64,000 bases of DNA, taken from positions 1 through 64,000 of the forward strand of contig JBLDXI010000018.1 in NCBI GenBank assembly GCA_047495785.1, in the 5' to 3' direction. Both the position numbers and the translations under genes were made by a program. Of the stretch, positions 33,097-44,747 are shown in pieces. The stretch is from Lepidodermella squamata. Lineage: Eukaryota > Animalia > Gastrotricha. Positions within the stretch are counted from its first letter, which is position 1. Each line of letters starts with the position of its first letter. The notes beneath the pieces are model-generated. The model had not been told where the DNA came from. It ran no database searches and saw only the letters and a program-made list of their open reading frames with translations.

Positions 33097-33759
33097 ATGA
33101 AATTCGTTCTTGGTTCAATCCTTGCAGCTGTATCTGCGGCAGTTAGCGATGCTCAGGGCGACCCATCGAAAGCACTGCAGTTCGCTCAAGGCTACTGGAA
33201 CTGCTTGACCTTGGATTGCCCGGAGAAAGTGCCTGAAAAGACGCCAGCGAGCGGCTCGCAAATTCAATGCGCCGAATTTGCTGCTCGTGCCCTTGCAAAT
33301 GGAGGCTACTTCCCTGGCCTCAGCGCTTTCGAAACCAACATGAACAAGTGGTGGTACTACAAAATCAACGGCACCGACCACAGCTTGACCAAGCCAAGCC
33401 GCCACGGTCCGAGTTCGAACAGCCCGAGAAACGGCCTGGCTGAAGCGCTGGCGAATCTCGGCTGGACCCTCTGCGATGCGTGCAAACCTGGAACCTGTCG
33501 GGCGAATGTTACAAGGACCAGCATGTTCAACGTAACTTTTGTCGACGATAACTACTGCACTGGTCAAACTTGCGATTTCGTCGGCGTTAAGAAGTGCATT
33601 GACATTGCGAGCGTTGTCTTCGTCGGTGGTCAACTGCGCCACGTTGCTATTGGCGTCGGTCCTGGTCGGTTGAGTGCCCACAACGGGGCACTGCAAGATG
33701 CCGATTACGGCGAATTCAAGAGCATCGGCTACAACGCTGTCTACATGCCACCGAAATAA
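33097..33759 (+). CDS. Secreted Amidase_6/NlpC-P60-like putative amidase, copy 2 (intronless)
   Basis: Signal peptide; QCAEFAARALANGGY; RHVAIGVGPGRLSAHN. Confidence 0.75.
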   Translation: MKFVLGSILAAVSAAVSDAQGDPSKALQFAQGYWNCLTLDCPEKVPEKTPASGSQIQCAEFAARALANGGYFPGLSAFETNMNKWWYYKINGTDHSLTKPSRHGPSSNSPRNGLAEALANLGWTLCDACKPGTCRANVTRTSMFNVTFVDDNYCTGQTCDFVGVKKCIDIASVVFVGGQLRHVAIGVGPGRLSAHNGALQDADYGEFKSIGYNAVYMPPK

Positions 33760-35512
33760 CCTGCACTTCGAATGTAACGCTTCACTTTAATTAACTTCAA
33801 GGTTCAAGGGGTAACTTGATTTACTCGTTTCCATTTGAGATTTCGGGTTCAAGTAATGCAATTATACCTAAATAAATAAATGGCAGGCTTTCTCTTCATT
33901 TTTCTGCCGTTTTGGTAAAATATTCTAAAAGCATGTTACATGAATCACGAGGATCAGAGAACTTTTGATATTTCACGCCCGAAATTCGAACATAATTTTC
34001 TTCGATTAAGTGGAGAAACGCAACGTTCTGACATTGAGAAAAATACTTCCGCGATACACACTTAGTCGCATCCCTTGTATGTTGATTTTCTTGAATATAA
34101 GAAAGTCGAAAGTGTCGGGTAAGCTAGTATAAGTATTTAAGGCTTTAAAAGATACCAGACGAAGGACGAAGTAATCTCTTTAGTATTGGGAGTGTGGTCA
34201 TGGTAATTTCTAGATTGCTGGAATCCTGAACTATGGAAAATGTTCGACAATATGTCAACCATTCAACGTTGGATCTCATTCAACCTGTTTAATGGCTTGG
34301 ATTCCGGTTTAGATCCAACCAAACAGGTTCTATTGGTTCTACAGGAAGAAATCCGCTGATGCTGCGGCTTTGAAATGTTCAGCGTAATCTATTTGTTTTA
34401 TTGATTCTGACGACGAGCCTTTATGCGTTATGCGTAGATTTTCATATCATCTACTACAGCCTATCGCAGTAAAACATATTTCAGCGTGGTTAACATCGTC
34501 AGAGCTACTCAAGTAGAATCAGCTGCCCGGCAACGGTTGAGATATTTCGAAAATAGGTTAAACAGGGAAATTAATTTATGGAGCAAACAATGAAAACACC
34601 CCGTCCCACATTAGGCCAGATGCCAGATTTGATATTCGGGACGAGGACGGTAGTAGTAGATGCTAAGTTAGGACAAGCTGCAGTTTCCTAATTTATATCA
34701 ATAATGATTTGAAACTTTGGCAACAGAGGGTTACTATTATATGCTCTATTCTATGAGCAGCTACGGACACCATCCTATTTAATTACGATTTACAGAAATG
34801 ATAAGAATTTCAATAAACCTTATCATTTTGTACGACTTTACCCTACCATATCCAAAAGTTGAAATACCGTATTTTTTCCTATAGCAGCCCGGGCTACTAA
34901 AATGTCAACCTCAAAATTTTGAAAATTTCAGAAAATAATTGGGGAATCGTTCGTTTTCGATGTTTTCGAACCGACTTGACCCCTCATCTCTGGGTTACTA
35001 TTAGTGGATGAGCTACTATTGGAACAAATACGGTATGTGGCGTCCTCAATGGCCGTTGTGCACCTTTGTAAGATATCACAAGCTATATTTCAGCACTGTG
35101 GTGACGAAATCATGTCAAACCGTTTGAAAGGAGGACGAATTCAAGCTTGATACGGTGGTTGCGGAAGGCAGTAACGGGACAGGGATCATTCAGTGTATAT
35201 AATTTGAATTTATTATTCACTTTCTTTACAGATGTCTCGAATGTTCTAGCAAATTCTTCAATATTATTTAACCTATTTCTCGAAATTTTACGGGCCCCTG
35301 GCCTAATTAAGGCAGCTGAATTTACTCTCAAATCGTAGGTGGAACACGACACGTAATTCAACGGCGCGAGCTAAAGTAAACCCATGTTTAGTTTCAAAAA
35401 CAGCTGAACACGCACATCAGTAACTTAACGAAGATAAGTACGCGATGTAATCATTATCAGCCAAATAAATAGCCGTCTCTTGAACTGTGAAATTCCATAT
35501 TTCTCCTTTACC

Positions 35513-36178
35513 ATGAACTATTTCGCTTCTCTCATTGCCATCGTCGCCCTCGTCGCATCTTGCAACGCAGGCGGTGATCCGGCCAAAACGGTCGAATTCG
35601 CCAACAACTACTGGAACTGCCTAAGTTTGGACTGCCCAACTCGAGTCCCGGAAGGCACACCCGCGAACGGATCAATCTTCCAATGCGCTGAATTCGTAGC
35701 TCGCTCCCTCGCAGCTGGCGGCTACCTGCCCGGTCTATCGCCGCTTGAGACCAACAACAACAAGTGGTGGTACTACAAAATCAACGGAATCGACCACAGT
35801 TTGACCAAGCCAAGCCGCCACGGTCCGAGCTCGAACAACTCCCGCAACGGTTTGGCTGAGGCTCTTGAGAATCTCGGTTGGAAACTGTGCGACGCTTGCA
35901 AGCCTGGCAACTGTGCAGCTAATGTCACCAGGACTAACAAGTTCAACGTTACCTTCGTCGATGCCTGGTACTGCACTGGCCAGACTTGCGACTACGCCAA
36001 TGTTCAGAAGTGCATTGACAAAGCGAGCGTCGCCTTTGTTGGTGGCCAGCTGCAACACGCCACGCTTGGTGTTGGACCCGGCAAGCTGAGTGCCCACAAC
36101 AACGCCCTGAGCAACGGCGACTACAGTAAGTTCAAGTCAATGGGCTACGACGCCGTTTACCTGCCTCCGACTGACTAA
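35513..36178 (+). CDS. Secreted Amidase_6/NlpC-P60-like putative amidase, copy 3 (intronless)
   Basis: Signal peptide MNYFASLIAIVALVASCNAG; QCAEFVARSLAAGGY; QHATLGVGPGKLSAHN. Confidence 0.75.
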   Translation: MNYFASLIAIVALVASCNAGGDPAKTVEFANNYWNCLSLDCPTRVPEGTPANGSIFQCAEFVARSLAAGGYLPGLSPLETNNNKWWYYKINGIDHSLTKPSRHGPSSNNSRNGLAEALENLGWKLCDACKPGNCAANVTRTNKFNVTFVDAWYCTGQTCDYANVQKCIDKASVAFVGGQLQHATLGVGPGKLSAHNNALSNGDYSKFKSMGYDAVYLPPTD

Positions 36179-36929
36179 GCGCTGAAATTCACGGCAAGAT
36201 TCGGTGAAGGCAAAAACAACTCATATACGATTCAACCTGTTTGGGAGGGTAAAACTTCTTGGGGAGTGTTTCACATGATATATGAGACTTGGGAGAATAA
36301 AATTCTGGTTTCAACTTGCAAGAATGTCGTTATATTTTTCGAAGTCCAATATCGCTCACGAAACCAGCTGATGAGAAAATATGGAAATAATCTCAAAGGT
36401 AGACCGTCGGGAGGTTTTTACTTTTTCTCTTTTTCAACTTTGAGAAGCGATAACTCGGTGACGGTGATGGGTAATTAGCTCAGGATATTTTCTGTGGATT
36501 TTTTGTTTTTATGCATTTTTAGGTAACCTTGAAGTAAGAAAGATGATCGCGCAAATTAACCCTGTAGCTTTCATGTTTCCTATTTGAACCTCATGAGCAT
36601 AAAACATACCAAAAATCTTGTTCGCCCCCCTGAACTTTGATATTTCCATTTCATACAGCTGACTTGGATGCCGCTCTACTCTGCAAACATGAAAGAGGTT
36701 TAAAATGTCTCCTGCTAACTTGCCTGGGATAACAGAGCCCTCCACGCCCTCCTACTCGAACTTACGTTCCATTATAAACATTCAGTGACAGAGTGCAGCT
36801 GAGCAAATTAAAACCCCGTGCCTCGGAGCTCTCATAATTAAAATACGATGAAATGTAAATAGAACTCAGATTTAAAGTCGAAAGCTGCGATCCATTTCCA
36901 TTAATTTTTCTCTAAATTCTGAAGATATC

Positions 36930-37595
36930 ATGCAGTTTTTCGCAAGTATTCTACTCTCAGGGATTTTCATGGGAACAATCACTGCTCAGGGTGATCCGGC
37001 TAAAGTTGTCGAGTATGCGCAGAACAACTGGGACTGTTTGACAGTCGATTGCCCTGTTCGCGTGAAGGAAGGAACGCCAGCGAACGCTACCCAAATCCAG
37101 TGCGCTGAATACGCTGCTCGAGCTCTGGCATATGCAGGATATTTCCCTGGCCTCAGTGCTACTGACAACGTAACGAAAATGTGGTACTACAAGATCAACA
37201 AGGTTAGCCACAGCTTGTCTATGCCCAGCAGGCATGGTCCAAGTGCTAGTGGTACGAAAAACGGCCTGGCTGAAGCGCTGGTGAATCTTGGCTGGAAGCT
37301 ATGCGATGCGTGCCAACCGGGAACTTGCCAGGCTAATATGACCAGGACTAATATGTTCAATTTCACATTTTTCGACGACAATTATTGCACTGGCCAATCG
37401 TGCGATTACGTCGGCGTAAAGAAGTGTATTGACAAAGCGAGTGTGGTGTTTGTTGGCTCACAGCTGCGTCATGTTGCAATTGGGGTAGGCCCGGGAAGGG
37501 TGAGCGCCCACAACGGGGCGGTGAATAATTCCGACTACAGCATCTTCAAAGGCATGGGATACACCGCCGTCTACACGCCGCCAGCTGCTAATTAA
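36930..37595 (+). CDS. Secreted Amidase_6/NlpC-P60-like putative amidase, copy 4 (intronless)
   Basis: Signal peptide; QCAEYAARALAYAGY; RHVAIGVGPGRVSAHN. Confidence 0.75.
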   Translation: MQFFASILLSGIFMGTITAQGDPAKVVEYAQNNWDCLTVDCPVRVKEGTPANATQIQCAEYAARALAYAGYFPGLSATDNVTKMWYYKINKVSHSLSMPSRHGPSASGTKNGLAEALVNLGWKLCDACQPGTCQANMTRTNMFNFTFFDDNYCTGQSCDYVGVKKCIDKASVVFVGSQLRHVAIGVGPGRVSAHNGAVNNSDYSIFKGMGYTAVYTPPAAN

Positions 37596-38531
37596 CTGAT
37601 CATGTACTATAACTATACTATATATGACTTATAGTAATGGGTTATCTATCTCTTAATTGATTCTATACAATTCTATGATTCTATGAGGTGGCGGTTTTTC
37701 GGCCCAAGGTCTATCGCTGAGTATCTGAGGTCTATAGCACAGTTGCGTGGAATCCGACGATTCAAGTGAACTCGCCGCCCCTAGATTGCTAATGCAAGGT
37801 TGAAATGCTGGTATCTAGAAATTAAACTCCCGAAAAAAGCAGATGAATGCAAATTGTTATGTGCCAATAGCCAATATAAGAGGCACATAGCTATGTGTCA
37901 ATAGCACACCGTAAAAATTATGAAAAAATAGGAAAAAAGGGGATTCGAACCCTGAGCTGTTGCCACTTGCCACTACACTATCATCCTGTCTAAGATTGGC
38001 TGAAAATGCTTATGTGTATGGTTCTATTGTTAGTCTGTAAATAGAAATGCCGGAAAAGGATGACTACAAGACCTAGCTCTGCTGCGCCGTGGTCTCGCCT
38101 CATGAACCGTCCAGTGCCTCATGGTAGAACACCAGACCAGCAACAAGATTGGTGAACAAAGTCGTGTATACCATTGGTTCACCGAAAATTCCTAATGAAA
38201 ATTGGTGGAGACCTCACCTCGTCATGTTGAGGCAAACAAAGGCGAATGCATCGATTTTCACTGCTGTTCACAAGAAATGTTTGTGGGCAAGGGTGAACAC
38301 GATGTCACCCCTTCGTTCGACAATCTTTGTGCCGCGCAAATGAAAGGAGGCCAATCCTCCATGGTGCCGGTATAGCTCACTATACAAATACTGCAATACA
38401 TCATGAAGGTTAAACACTAAAGTTTCTTTACTTATTAAAATTGCTAATAAAACATCGGCTATATAGGCAGCCCATTTAATTATGTTGCACGCCACAGCCA
38501 ATTAAGTTGGATCAACATTAAAGCTCTCCGC

Positions 38532-38697
38532 CAGTGTGCGAAGTAGGATCCGGGAGCTGAGGTGTTTTCTGCCTGTTTTCTAGGACCCAGCCGAATGAAG
38601 CAAAGGGTCCCCCCTGTGGTTTTTTCAGCTTTCCTCTGATTGGAGTCCCGGAGCTGGGGTGTCGCGACACCCCAGCACCCCTCTACTTCGCACCCTG
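38532..38697. mobile_element. hAT-type MITE, 166 bp (same family as 26277-26416)
   Basis: TIRs CAGTGTGCGAAGTAG / CTACTTCGCACCCTG; perfect 8-bp TSD CTCTCCGC. Confidence 0.88.
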
Positions 38698-38785
38698 CTC
38701 TCCGCCTAGGTTCGATTTGGATCGATTTTTGTTGATCGGCATGAGCTACCTGGTGAGAGCTACTATCGTTTTTAGGAGAAACGAT

Positions 38786-40996
38786 TTAAATCATTTGCTG
38801 TACATAATATGCGTCAACCCCCGCACTGAGGATAGCGACCAAGCTTGCAGCGCAAACATCCGCCAGCCTGACGTACGCTACAGATTTGTGATTTTCCAAT
38901 CTGTGAATCGACACAGAGTAAGCAATAAACTCATAAAAGCATAGAAAAAGCCCCATGGTAAATTTAAAAGCGATGATGTTGACAAGGTAAACCGTCTCTG
39001 AAGTCTTTGGTATGTTCTCGAACACCAGTGACAGCAGAACTGTAAACGATAGAACCAATGCGACGCTGGTACCAGCTCGATCTGGTGAATCCGGCGGTAA
39101 AACCAGCACGTACAACGAGATGACTGGGAGAAACAAATATGCGACGTAATACTCTGCTCGACGTTTGAATGTGATCGGTAAAATCATTCGAGGCACCGCA
39201 CCACCTCCGGTTTGATTCTCGTAATGAATGCGAGGTGTACCACAGCCCACAAATTTCCAGATATCTGTGTCTCCAATGAATGTCTCTCTAGACGCCAAAT
39301 CAACTTCGAAATGGGTGATGTTGTATGAGATACCAAGGTTGTCCTCGCCTTCGAAGACGATATTGCACTCGAGGGAATCAAATGGGAATTTAGTGAATGA
39401 AAATTCAGCGCAAACAGTTTCCAATCGATTTCTCACCCAAATCGATGATATTCCATTGTTAGCGAATGGCCATGTTATGACTTTTTCGTCGGGATCACTG
39501 GAAAATTACAATCCACAGTTTGGAAATTGAAATGAATGGTTATTCGAATTTGTGAACTTGGAATACTGTTATATTGCCGTGTCAGTTAGACCTCCCTCCC
39601 CACGGAAACTCAATGACTGTAAAACCCCTTTTTCGCAGTGACTTTGAATTCGCGGTCATGCCCTGTCAGGAGTTCGTGCGAGCGGATGCGTGAAATCAAC
39701 TCCAATAACCTAGCAAGTGGTTTTTAGTGAACTTAAGACCTCGCGCGCTGATCTCAATGGTGAATTTCGGATTGAACTGCCGGTTTTTACACCAAAATGA
39801 AGTTCTGGAAACGCTCCTTCCAGTGAATATAGATTCTCACTCTGAAATTGTGATGGTAAAAAGTTTGACGTTCGCAACAACTTTCTTCTTGCACAGCTGG
39901 CATTCGCGCAAAATTTAAGGTGGACGTACAACTTTCTCCCATTACATTTTTCGAGCGAGAAGCCTATATTAAATAGAAAAGCTGCCTGAATTTCATTCTG
40001 GAGTAAAAGCAGGCAAAATGTCGTCAATTTTCCTTTGCCATCAGCGCGCGCGGTCGAAATTCTGTCTCTGCTGTTTGCCAGAGCGCGCAGTTGCTGTTTT
40101 TGCGCGTTCCAATCAGCCAATTGGAGAATTGCAAGTCCATTGTTTTCAAACAACGGTCACAAATCACAGATCAAGACTGCGCGTAGCTTATTGTGTAATA
40201 CTCACAAGCGCGTTGCCGAACTAGCTCCGCCCGGATGGGGTCGAGGGATGCGGTTATCAAAAACGCAAGAATTCAGAGCAAAAAACGCTAACCATGATCT
40301 ACATGCGCTAGAAAACTTGTGTTAATATTTGCACGAATTCTTTCGGCATGAGCAAATTCTCGCTGGGTTTCACTTTTCGCGGATCTTAAATTCGTGGTCC
40401 CTTCATACCGCGAGAATAGCTATAACAATTTTTGGGTGATCTGCCTCAAGCGCCTCACTTGTTTTCCAAATTTTGAAGATTACCTACCTGAATACCGGAG
40501 TTGACATTTTCAGCGGGTTGACATGAACGAGCGGTGGGACCCATTGATACCTCACGGGCTTCACCACGGTCAACTGCTGCAAAAGTCGAGTCTCTATCAG
40601 ATCCCTGCAAAGTGTCTCGTTTTCGAATAGATCTTCGCAATTCGCAACTGGGCACGTCGTTCGCCATTTGGCTTCAATCCACACCAGCAGGGACAGGCTG
40701 TTCAATGTAAAAATTAAAAATCGATAATTAAGTCTTATGCTTATTGGCAAGCACTTACTCTTTACTTACCTTTGGTCGAGGTCATCGATTGCCATAAATC
40801 GAGAGAGGCTGAAAACTATTTCCACCGCGATGGGCCTTTTGCGATAGACCAGCCAATAGTTGGGCAAAGCTGGAGATGAAGCTTCAGGACAGAACTGATC
40901 ATAGGCTTTCTCTAATGAAATCTTGGATAGTTCGGGAGCATTTAAAGCTTCAGATGCGCATATGAATTCAAGAAGCATAAGCGCTGTCACTTTCAT
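38786..40996 (-). CDS. Divergent Cys-loop ligand-gated ion channel subunit, subfamily A copy 1 (3 exons; M1 shortened by about 5 aa)
   Basis: Exons 40996-40770, 40697-40488, 39497-38786; WVPPLVHVN; CAEFSFTKFPFDSLEC; FKRRAEYY; four TM helices; IPKTSE. Confidence 0.8.
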
Positions 40997-41789
40997 TTTC
41001 AAGCTGGGAAAGGCTCACTGACCCACTGATAGTTTTCGTTGCCACGATTTAAAGCTAACAATGTTGATTCTCAATGTCTTCAGTGGCTGCTTGCAGAGGA
41101 AAATTTTGACAAATCGTTAGCGGCGTTAAAAATATCGGATTTGGGCTCGTTTGCATCCATTCTAGGGTCTAGGTGACAAGTTAAAAAGTCTTTTGCGTTT
41201 GCCTATTCATTCAAATGAAAAAAAGCCGCTATTTACTTGTAACCCGTGACCTTAAAACGGATGTAAACAAGCCTGAATTCGCGTTACTCAACGTCGCGAA
41301 CGATATGTTTTCCGCGGCAGTTTGCAGAGCATTGATCTTCTCCTTTCATATCAATAAAGTAAACGCTGTGGGGAAGTCTGAACTACGAATGATTCGGAAG
41401 GTCGATTCCTTGGAACCCTTTTTTAAATGTTAATTTCTACCATGAAAAGAATACTCGACATAGACCGAATAGCTGTGTTACGACCCGAGTCCGAAAGCGA
41501 CCACATCGCTCTCTGGTCGACGGGCCTGCAATGTTTGTCGGGCTTCGGCTCGTAGGTTTCAATGGGCTCAAAATTAAGAACAATGGATCAAACATGCGCA
41601 CATGAGACAGAGCCCCGACTGCGTTTAATTTCAACTTTTTACTAATCGTTCTTTTTTTATTCAGTATTCGGGCTCGGTGGAAGCGAAGTATAAAATGTCT
41701 ATTACTAACTGAGCGGCCAATGCTTGAGTCACAAACAGCTAGGCGGAAACAAAAAACGCGAGACAGTTAAGGCGCGCTTAATATATATC

Positions 41790-43260
41790 ATTTATTTATT
41801 TAATTTAAAAACTGCAGTTTCGCGTTGCGCGTGTACACAGTGATTTGTTTTTATATACAGTTTTCAAATATTTACAGGCGTCTCACCGTCGACACACAAG
41901 TTTTTACAATTTCAGGCAACAAGTTTTGTAAAATATAATTTTTAAAAACAGTAATTGAACGAGAGTTAATTATGCATTCTGGTACCTTATTCCATACTTT
42001 GTTAATTCTGTTGCCAATACAAAATCTTCGGGGATCTGAGCGACATTTAGAAGGAACTATGCAGTGTTTCGCCTTTCTAGTGTTAGTAGAATTTTCGAAC
42101 AAAGATGAAAAAGAGACATCAACAAAATTGTGGTAAGCTTTGAAACAAAACAACAAGTCGCGTAAAATTCTACGATGTTCTAATCGTAGTGTACCAGAGT
42201 GTTTGCACGCATCATCGTAGCTCAAGGTTGGAAACACAGCTTTAAGAAATCTTTCTTGTATTTTTTCCAAGTTGTCGATCGTTGTGAGGAAATAGGGGCT
42301 ATACACAGTAGAACAGTAGTCCAGAATCGGCAAAACATAAGTTTTAAAAGCCATTATCTTTAATCGAATGCATCTGAAACTCTTTAAAATAGCAGAGCAT
42401 AGACTTGAGCACCGGTTCATAAGTGTGGCACAATGTTGCGTGAAGCTTAGATCCTTATCAACAACAACGCCTAGGTCTTTAGTAGACTGTACAACGCGAA
42501 TAGGTATGTTATTTATAGTATAGTCTGTCGAGATTTCATCGCTTGCTCCGATTCTCATTACACAACATTTTTCACAATTTATATCGAGACCATTTTCATT
42601 AAAACAAGAAATGATGTTGTCGAGATCTTTTTGCAAAACACATTTGTCTTCATTTTTCACAATCGGTCTGAACACTTTGTTGTCATCAGCGAAAAAAAAT
42701 AAGGGAGACTCGACTTTCGTGTCGATATCGATAGCTATAAGAAATATAATAAATAGAAGCGGGCCAAGAACTGAGCCCTGAGGCACACCTGAGTTCACAT
42801 TTCTCCAACCTGACATACTGTTACCTATTTTAGTTCGGGAATTGCGGTCTAAGAGGTACGACTTTAGCCACGCGAGTAGATTTCCGCATATGTTTAAACT
42901 CTTAAGAGCACTTATTAGCTTGAAAATAGGAACAGAGTCGAAGGCTTTCGCCAAATCAAGGTAGATTATGTCCACGGGTATATTATTATCTCGGTAGAAC
43001 GTGAATTTATTGAGACAGATTAAGAGCAATAGTTCAACATTTCGCTTTTCCAGGAAGCCGAACTGGTTAGGCGGTATCACATTATTTCTATTCAGATACT
43101 CAGTAAGAATATTTTTTATAATTTTTTCTTGCAATTTGCAGATGTTACTGGTAAGACTGATAGGCCGGTAATTTTTAGCTTCCAGCCGAGATCCGCTTTT
43201 CTTGTAGATAGGAATAACATCTGCCACCTTCCAAACGTCTGGTAGCTGACCTGAGAGCAT
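41790..43260 (-). mobile_element. 5'-truncated CR1/L2-group LINE with uninterrupted RT ORF (41872-43260) and (TAAA)n 3' tail
   Basis: NYRPISLTS, QFGF, YLDLAKAFDSV, SGVPQGSVLGPLLF, FADD, KDLGV; ATTTATTTATTT tail at about 41790-41801. Confidence 0.9.
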
Positions 43261-44747
43261 AGAAGAGTTTCATTCGACACGCATTCGACGACAGTGCGTG
43301 AGACATACAGCTTGTGGCTAACCAAAAAATGTTCGGCCATTAAACTCAGCCAATTAGCGCAGTCGGGCTCTGGCTCGCGCGCAAGGAGTGTGAGCAAGAG
43401 CACGGCGGAACACTGAGCTGATTACCGTACCTCGGTCGACACCTACGAACCGAAGCCCGGCAAAAGTGTTTGATACCGTATTCCCTTGCAAACTGTGGCA
43501 CTGCCGTTATACAAGAAGTGAGCTGGCATGCAACTATACCCCGGGGGACAATGGCATGCCTTTAACGGATGGGGTAAATTGGGAAAATTTGAAGTTTTCA
43601 ATTAAGATGATTAACGCTGTAATGGCACTCATTTTTACATTGCGATGCGCATTCTTCGTGGTTATGGCGTATTTCGAAGCTGATTGGAGACTTGCGCAAA
43701 TTCTGACTTTCGCCATTTATTTTTTTTAATTTTTCGACTAAAATTCGTAAATATATTTTAGTCATCTTCTACAACCGATATTTCTTTTAACTAATCAGAT
43801 TAACTAATCAAAGTAAATTTTTGGCTTTTGCATTCGCGCATCAAAATAGATAAAATCACAATTTTAATCCTACTTCGCTTATTATACCAGTCCCTTTCGG
43901 TTAGTGGCACTGCCATACTTAATGAGGGATTTCGATAGTCAATTTTTGATGTGCCAGCGTTTATATTGGCTGCCACAGTTTGCAAGGGAATACGGTAAGA
44001 GAGATTGCAGGCCCGTCGCATCCCGTTCGACCAGAGCGCAACGTAATAATCGACTACGGCCACGTGGGGGTTGTTATATCCTACTCTCCTCTACTTTGAT
44101 AGAGCGGAGGCTATCATGATTTTACTAGGCTGAGATGAAATGGATGATCACAGATATTCTAAATAGCTAGTGTTCCTAGCCGATGGCCCCAATTGGCAAT
44201 TATAAAATGCTGTTATAGCCTTTTTTTGCCATCCATAGTGATTTCACCTAAAAAGCGAGCGAACAGAGAGCACTGTGAAGATTTTCCACTGAAACATGCT
44301 CCAAAACTTTTCAAAATCGAAAAAACAGTTGGATAAACTCACATTTTGTTTTTGGTCTTGCCCCCATCCCCCATCCCCTGGCATTGAATGGCCGCTTGAA
44401 TACCTGCTTCGCCTAAGTCAACTAATTTATATGTATACAGCCGAAGGTCGGTTATTTGAGACGAATCAGGTTGAATTAGCTACCCGGAATCATTTGTTGG
44501 TTGCTTTAATTTGGCCGTGCTTCTTATAGATCTCGGATCTGGCCACACACGCTGCCAAAAAAAAATTTGCTATCAATGAATCGTTCAGGCACACATTAAC
44601 ATTGCCAGATATATTTAATATTCTATTAATTTTCAGGGCGATCGTTCTTTACTTCCACAGTATCAGAATTACTTCAAATTAAATTGAACGTACGTTATAG
44701 AAATGAAATAAATGTATAAGCTACGTTCCTCGAAAGCTTTGAGCCCA

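Noticed and set aside
33115-33696. Long antisense ORFs over the amidase genes (also 35735-36097 and 25503-25844)
   Set aside because: Shadow ORFs produced by sense-strand codon bias; no independent features.
25383-37595. Bacterial contamination explaining the amidase genes
   Set aside because: They are interleaved with intron-containing genes and eukaryotic MITEs, have long intergenic spacers and no operon structure; a chimeric assembly still needs read-level exclusion.
37935-37975. tRNA gene (GGGTTCGAATCCC B-box on the minus strand)
   Set aside because: No cloverleaf or A-box could be built; at most a SINE remnant.
39710-40325. ORFs inside intron 2 of LGIC copy 1
   Set aside because: No recognisable motifs; probably non-coding repeat-derived intron sequence.
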